The notes under the pieces: generated by a model
Told to the model about the DNA's origin: nothing
The model's input: only the letters and a program-made list of their open reading frames with translations
Database searches by the model: none
Shown here: piece by piece, positions 62,285-64,000 of the stretch
Layout of the letters: every line of letters starts with the position of its first letter
Numbering within the stretch: the stretch's first letter is position 1
Assembly: GCA_963669175.1 (NCBI GenBank)
Contig: OY769902.1
Location: forward strand, 2,656,001 to 2,720,000
Length of the DNA: 64,000 nucleotides
Reading direction: 5' to 3'
Source of the DNA: a bacterium
GTDB taxonomy: Bacteria; Electryoneota; Electryoneia; Electryoneales; Electryoneaceae
Made by a program: the position numbers and the translations under genes

Positions 62285-62965
62285 CACCGGTCTCGAGATC
62301 CCCGTTCGAGCCGGGGATGACATAGCGGAGGACTGGGGATGACATGTCGTTAGGATTGGCGCACCGGTCTCGAGATCCCCGTTCGAGCCGGGGATGACAT
62401 AGCGGAGGACTGGGGATGACATGTCGTTAGGATTGGCGCACCGGTCTCGAGATCCCCGTTCGAGCCGGGGATGACATAGGGGAGGGCCGGGGATGACATA
62501 GTGTCGGGTATTGGCGCACCGGTCTCGAGATCCCCGTTCGAGCCGGGGATGACATAGTGTCGGGTATTGGCGCACCGGTCTCGAGATCCCCGTTCGAGCC
62601 GGGGATGACATAGCGGAGGACTGGGGATGACATGTCGTTAGGATTGGCGCACCGGTCTCGAGATCCCCGTTCGAGCCGGGGATGACATAGGGGAGGGCCG
62701 GGGATGACATAGTGTCGGGTATTGGCGCACCGGTCTCGAGATCCCCGTTCGAGCCGGGGATGACATAGTGTCGGGTATTGGCGCACCGGTCTCGAGATCC
62801 CCGTTCGAGCCGGGGATGACAATCTATATGAGGATGACAAGCTATATGGGGATGACTGGTTATATGAGGATGACATGCTATATGGGGATGACATGTGTAA
62901 AAAGGATGACATGTAGACCGGGGATGACAGTGGGGTTGAGGGTGACATGGAGTGCGGGAATGGAA
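62285..62965 (+). repeat. Right modular array: 8 copies of a 38-bp hairpin core with reused linkers, then about 8 18-bp GATGAC units
   Basis: CACCGGTCTCGAGATCCCCGTTCGAGCCGGGGATGACA at 62285, 62362, 62439, 62517, 62573, 62650, 62728 and 62784. Confidence 0.95.
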
Positions 62966-63178
62966 AGAAGCCTCTTAGCGTTAAAAGCAATTCCTTTTCA
63001 TTCCTGCAATTAGTACTCATTGTGCGTACAATAATAAAGGTGTTCCGGGAGGGGTGACTGGGATAATTATCACAAGGATCCTTACCGGGAATTTCCCACC
63101 AGCACCTGGAGCCGGGTGAGTAAGTGGTTCGATCCATCATGCCTGATGCAATGGATCATTAGCAAGGGAGGAGTGGCT

Positions 63179-63655
63179 ATGCAGGTACATCGTCAACACA
63201 AGAACGTGCTCCTGGGACTGCTGCTATTCTGTTTGTTGCCCATCGTGTCTTTCGCGAATGTCCTGACCGTGGATGAGGTCATGGCGGGTGATTTCCTCCG
63301 TTTCGGTGACTGGAAAACTCATATCACCGGAATAACAGCGCCGGCCCCTGATACGGAATGGGGCAAGGTTGCGCTTGATTTTGCCATCGAGACGCTTCAA
63401 GGCAAGGCAGTGAAAGTCTTTACCCTGACCACCAACAACACCGCTGCCGGGATCGTATACGGGGAAGATGGGAATGCCTTCGCTACGATCCTCTGTGGTG
63501 AGAACCGTGACCAGGATTTCGCCGTTCTGTTACTGGAACGTGGGCTGGCCAAAGTGAACACCGAAACCCTGCAGGAGGACCAGCAGAATTACCTCGAGGT
63601 CGAGAAAAAAGCCCGAGATAAGAAACTCGGGTTATGGTCCGACGAAACAGAATAA
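63179..63655 (+). CDS. Exported thermonuclease (SNase)-fold protein, possibly inactive
   Basis: Signal peptide, GITAP, LLERGLA, EKKAR..KLGLW. Confidence 0.75.
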   Translation: MQVHRQHKNVLLGLLLFCLLPIVSFANVLTVDEVMAGDFLRFGDWKTHITGITAPAPDTEWGKVALDFAIETLQGKAVKVFTLTTNNTAAGIVYGEDGNAFATILCGENRDQDFAVLLLERGLAKVNTETLQEDQQNYLEVEKKARDKKLGLWSDETE

Positions 63656-63670
63656 AATTCCGATCCAATT

Positions 63671-64000
63671 TTATCCCTGCTTATCGATCACCTTTTTGAA
63701 ATGGAAGCCATAGATCATAAAGGTGATCGCCAAGGGGAACATACGTGGCGAATGAGCCAGCGTACCGAACAGCATTTTCCAGAAATACTGGCGTCCCCTG
63801 TCGATAATTCCCAGGAAGAATATCGATTTAAAAAACGCCCCGATATAAGAGAAACGGAATGATGCTTTCTTCTTCAAGGCTGGTTTATAGTCCTTGAAAA
63901 AGGTGATTACACGGTGGTAAAAGGACTCACTGCTGTAGATCGATTGCAGGACTTCACGGTAACCGTTGACCAGATCCTTCTGTTCCATTTTAGGCACGAA
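63671..64000 (-). CDS. C-terminus of a B12-binding radical SAM protein (DUF4070-like), partial
   Basis: PKM...L..GY..VL..IYS...FY.R...YGFHF pattern; frame runs off the window. Confidence 0.7.
   Translation of the reverse strand, partial: FVPKMEQKDLVNGYREVLQSIYSSESFYHRVITFFKDYKPALKKKASFRFSYIGAFFKSIFFLGIIDRGRQYFWKMLFGTLAHSPRMFPLAITFMIYGFHFKKVIDKQG

Noticed and set aside
62285-62821. CRISPR array call for the 38-bp repeats
   Set aside because: The intervening segments are reused modules, some containing repeat fragments; there are no unique spacers and no cas genes in the window.
62133-63140. ORFs over the right GIY-YIG array
   Set aside because: They are translations of the repeat, with no coding signature.
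63095-63150. tRNA-like GGTTCGATCC
   Set aside because: No proper T-stem, acceptor stem or cloverleaf can be formed.

Overview
Bacterial chromosomal window, mostly housekeeping and energy genes: lutABC, ugd, eno-ftsB, a histidine ammonia-lyase-like gene, dsrTMKJOP, a CoA-disulfide reductase-rhodanese fusion, recG, valS, parAB, glnD, ligA, efp-accBC-gcvH-gcvPA and mutS. Two secreted proteins carry T9SS/FlgD-type C-terminal sorting domains; with dsrTMKJOP and a Rex-like box, this suggests a sulfate/sulfite-reducing member of an FCB-related lineage (inference). The intergenic DNA is unusually rich in repeats. (i) A solo GIY-YIG nuclease sits between mirror-image modular hairpin arrays (61825-62965). 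(ii) A solo IS200-like HUH transposase lies next to two related 17-bp satellites enclosed by inverted ~100-bp three-hairpin ends with compensatory substitutions (15227-16561). (iii) Inverted ~9-bp-period ATCCT/AGGAT arms bracket intergenic cassettes, one carrying an AT-rich orphan gene. (iv) Several REP-like palindrome families occur, some coupled to microsatellites. The ammonia-lyase has Ala-Cys-Gly in place of the canonical Ala-Ser-Gly MIO triad. No rRNA, tRNA or true CRISPR array was seen. All calls are by eye; no database searches were run.
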